The notes under the pieces: generated by a model | What the model saw: only the letters and a program-made list of their open reading frames with translations | Told to the model about the DNA's origin: nothing | Database searches by the model: none | Position numbers and translations under genes: made by a program | Source of the DNA: Nemertoderma westbladi | Taxonomy: Eukaryota > Animalia > Xenacoelomorpha | Direction: 5' to 3' | NCBI GenBank assembly: GCA_032718475.1 | Contig: JAUCBJ010003678.1 | Span: 1 to 46,352 of the forward strand | Length of the DNA: 46,352 bases | In this document: piece by piece, positions 44,390-46,352 of the stretch | Numbering within the stretch: position 1 is the first letter of the stretch | Layout: every line of letters starts with the position of its first letter

Positions 44390-44746
44390 TATAATGTAAG
44401 CAATAAGTTTGTATGATATGATGCTTTATCATGGGAGGGGTGCCTGAGGGAGGGAGGGTATTGGTTATGTTGATGTGGCTGGGGCTACAACACTTTGATG
44501 GGGTATGGTCTCCTTTATACTACTTAATTTATTTGGCAACATGCCTGGGATAATGTGGATTGTATCTGGTCTGACTTCCTAACAGCCAGCCTAATGCAAC
44601 TTCAACTTCGAACAACGTAATTTGTATTTTTTTAATTTAACGGAACTTGACGATGGCAAAATGCTCTCAGAGGTAGTGTAAGTTGGAATCTCCACGGTAG
44701 GGTCCCGGGACCCTGGGACCCCCCCCTCGCTACGCTAGTGCCTGGA

Positions 44747-46013
44747 TCCACGAAGCTAAGGAAAATCAACTACTTTCGCTAAGAAAGATTTTCCTTAGCT
44801 GAGATGGTCTATTCATAGTGGGCTATTTTACTTGTGTGAGGCAGATTTGGTTTTTTTTGGTCGGGGAAAAAACTAGCCTTTAAAAGTACCCTGAAATTTT
44901 GCATGTATATACTACTCGACGAGGCGCATCTTTTGGGCCGGGTCTCATATCCAGGAAAAATCTGGTTTCCATGGCAACGGACTTCAAAAAAAGTCTATGT
45001 ATTTCAAGTCAATATTTATAACTCTATTTGTAGGAAAACTATAATACATATAAACTTGGGATTTCTCAACTCAACTATAAGGTCCATAGCAGATCCGATT
45101 GAGGCTAAATAGAAAATCCAGTTACCTTGGCAACCGGGATAAACAGATGTTAAAATTTATAAAATGTTAATTTGAGGCCTAAGTGCAAGGTGTTATGACT
45201 TGGGACCAACCCCTACCCCCACTATATAACTTATTCTGCATCCGAATTACATTGTTCTATTTTTCAGTTACCATGACAACCGCTGAAAACAGATGTTTTT
45301 ATTCAAAACTTATTCATTTGGACATAGACTTTACGATAAAATTTTACAAAACTGGGTATGTGTTATCTGGACCACTAGTTGGAACTTTTAGTGAAACTTA
45401 AATTATTCCAGAAATTTAGTTACCATGGTAACTGTAGTTTATTAAACTCTATATCATTCAAATCTATATTGATAACTCTATTTGTAGCAAAACTGTAATA
45501 TATATAAACTTGGGGTTTTGCAACTCATCTATAAGATCCATATCCAAGCCGTTTGAGGTTAATTAGAAAATACAGTTACCATAGCAACAAGTCTAAACAG
45601 ATGTTAAAATTTATAAAATGATAATTTGAAGCACAAGTTAATAGTATTATGACTTGGGACCAACACCTACCCCCACTATATGACTTATTCTGCATCCGAA
45701 TTACATTGTTCTATTTTTCAGTTTCCATGACAACCACTGCAAACAGATGCATTTTGATAGAAAATCGGTAATTTGGACATAAACTACAATATTTTCTGAA
45801 ACTCAGTATATGTGTTATCTGAACCACAATCTGTACTGAATTTTTTTTCAAAGGTTAAAGCAACAGTTCCAGAGAACTCTAGTTTCCATGGGAATAGAAG
45901 TTAATTATTGACAAATGCTACTAAACGAGGCTAAGCAACGAACCAAAGTGTGGCCGTTTGTTTAATTTTCCTTAGCTTCGTGGTTGCATTTCCTTTAGGA
46001 AATGCCTTTCTCG
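44747..46013 (+). mobile_element. Helitron-like copy 16
   Basis: 1267 bp, A|TC...CTCG|T. Confidence 0.9.
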
Positions 46014-46177
46014 TATTACCCAAAAAAACACAAAAATACACAAAAAAACGCAAAAAAACACAAACTGACAAAAAATTACACAAAAACCACAATATTACCC
46101 AAAAAAACTAGGCAGCTAGGCCTACCCAAAAAGACAAAAAATTTTTTTCATAAACAATGTACAGGTAGGGTAAACTA

Positions 46178-46225
46178 TTCAAATTCGGGTCAGGTCAAAT
46201 TCGGGTCAGGTCAAATTCGGGACAG
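46178..46225 (+). repeat. 17-bp tandem repeat (tcaaattcgggtcaggt) x~3, probably subterminal repeats of another TIR element
   Basis: Directly visible repeat following 'tagggtaaacta'. Confidence 0.5.
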
Positions 46226-46352
46226 CATGTTCGAATTTGGGACAGTGAGTGTATTTGACAGACAGTTTGGCTTACAGTTACAGCTAATTCAGTAGTTTGT
46301 TTATATAAATTTACCAATTACTGCATTTCTGTACTTTGTAGATGTAGGCCTA

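Larger units (their letters stand above)
25142..46013 (+). repeat. Cluster of 16 co-oriented ~1.27-kb non-autonomous Helitron/Helentron (HINE/DINE-like) elements
   Basis: Each copy starts TC followed by the 19-bp subterminal IR CCACGAAGCTAAGGAAAAT and an inner IR, has internal tandem repeats, and ends with the complementary subTIR, hairpin GCATTTCCT-TT-AGGAAATGC and CTAG or CTCG. Insertion at A|T or G|T with no TSD. 16 5' ends and 15 3' ends. Confidence 0.9.
41805..46163 (+). mobile_element. A/C-rich non-autonomous element (copy 2) split by Helitron copies 14-16
   Basis: Ends TGTACACATTCATGG... and ...CATAAACAATGTACA; host rejoins as cacaa|tattaccc, a motif seen intact at ~46088-46108. Confidence 0.65.

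Noticed and set aside
27007-45401. Recurrent short ORFs (MTWDQPLPP..., MYILLDEAH...) as a gene family
   Set aside because: They are chance frames inside the repeat; stops and frameshifts vary between copies and no domain is recognisable.
25142-46013. CRISPR-like repeat/spacer array
   Set aside because: Repeats are ~1.27 kb with Helitron termini, spacers vary from 0 to 357 bp, the context is eukaryotic and there are no cas genes.
41837-46033. 18-bp TSD 'ttacccaaaaaaacacaa' around copies 14-16
   Set aside because: The host is internally repetitive (a similar motif recurs at ~46094) and the other junctions show no TSD; a plain A|T insertion explains it.

Overview
This is a repeat-dense eukaryotic window, probably from an invertebrate animal, with four parts. 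(1) 1-2357: degraded non-autonomous Helentron/DINE-like repeats and a tRNA-Ser-like pseudogene. (2) 2358-14931: a very young BEL/Pao-type LTR retrotransposon with 1243-bp TG..CA LTRs (2 differences seen) and a 5-bp TSD ACTAT. Its 1656-aa ORF keeps Gag and protease but lacks RT, most of RNase H and integrase. It has no tRNA PBS; instead the 11 nt abutting the 5' LTR are the exact reverse complement of an 11-mer inside the LTR, the geometry of Tf1-style self-priming. This is the top finding. (3) 15857-18396: two intronless, co-oriented housekeeping genes, MTIF3-like and ACAT2-like. (4) 18702-46352: nested DNA transposons (dead pogo DD35D, two hAT MITEs with 8-bp TSDs, one unclassified TIR element) and 16 co-oriented copies of a ~1.27-kb non-autonomous Helitron/Helentron. 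These copies carry RFX X-box motifs every ~150 bp, and their junctions suggest multi-copy composites moved as single units with captured DNA. All calls come from reading the sequence by eye; no searches were run.
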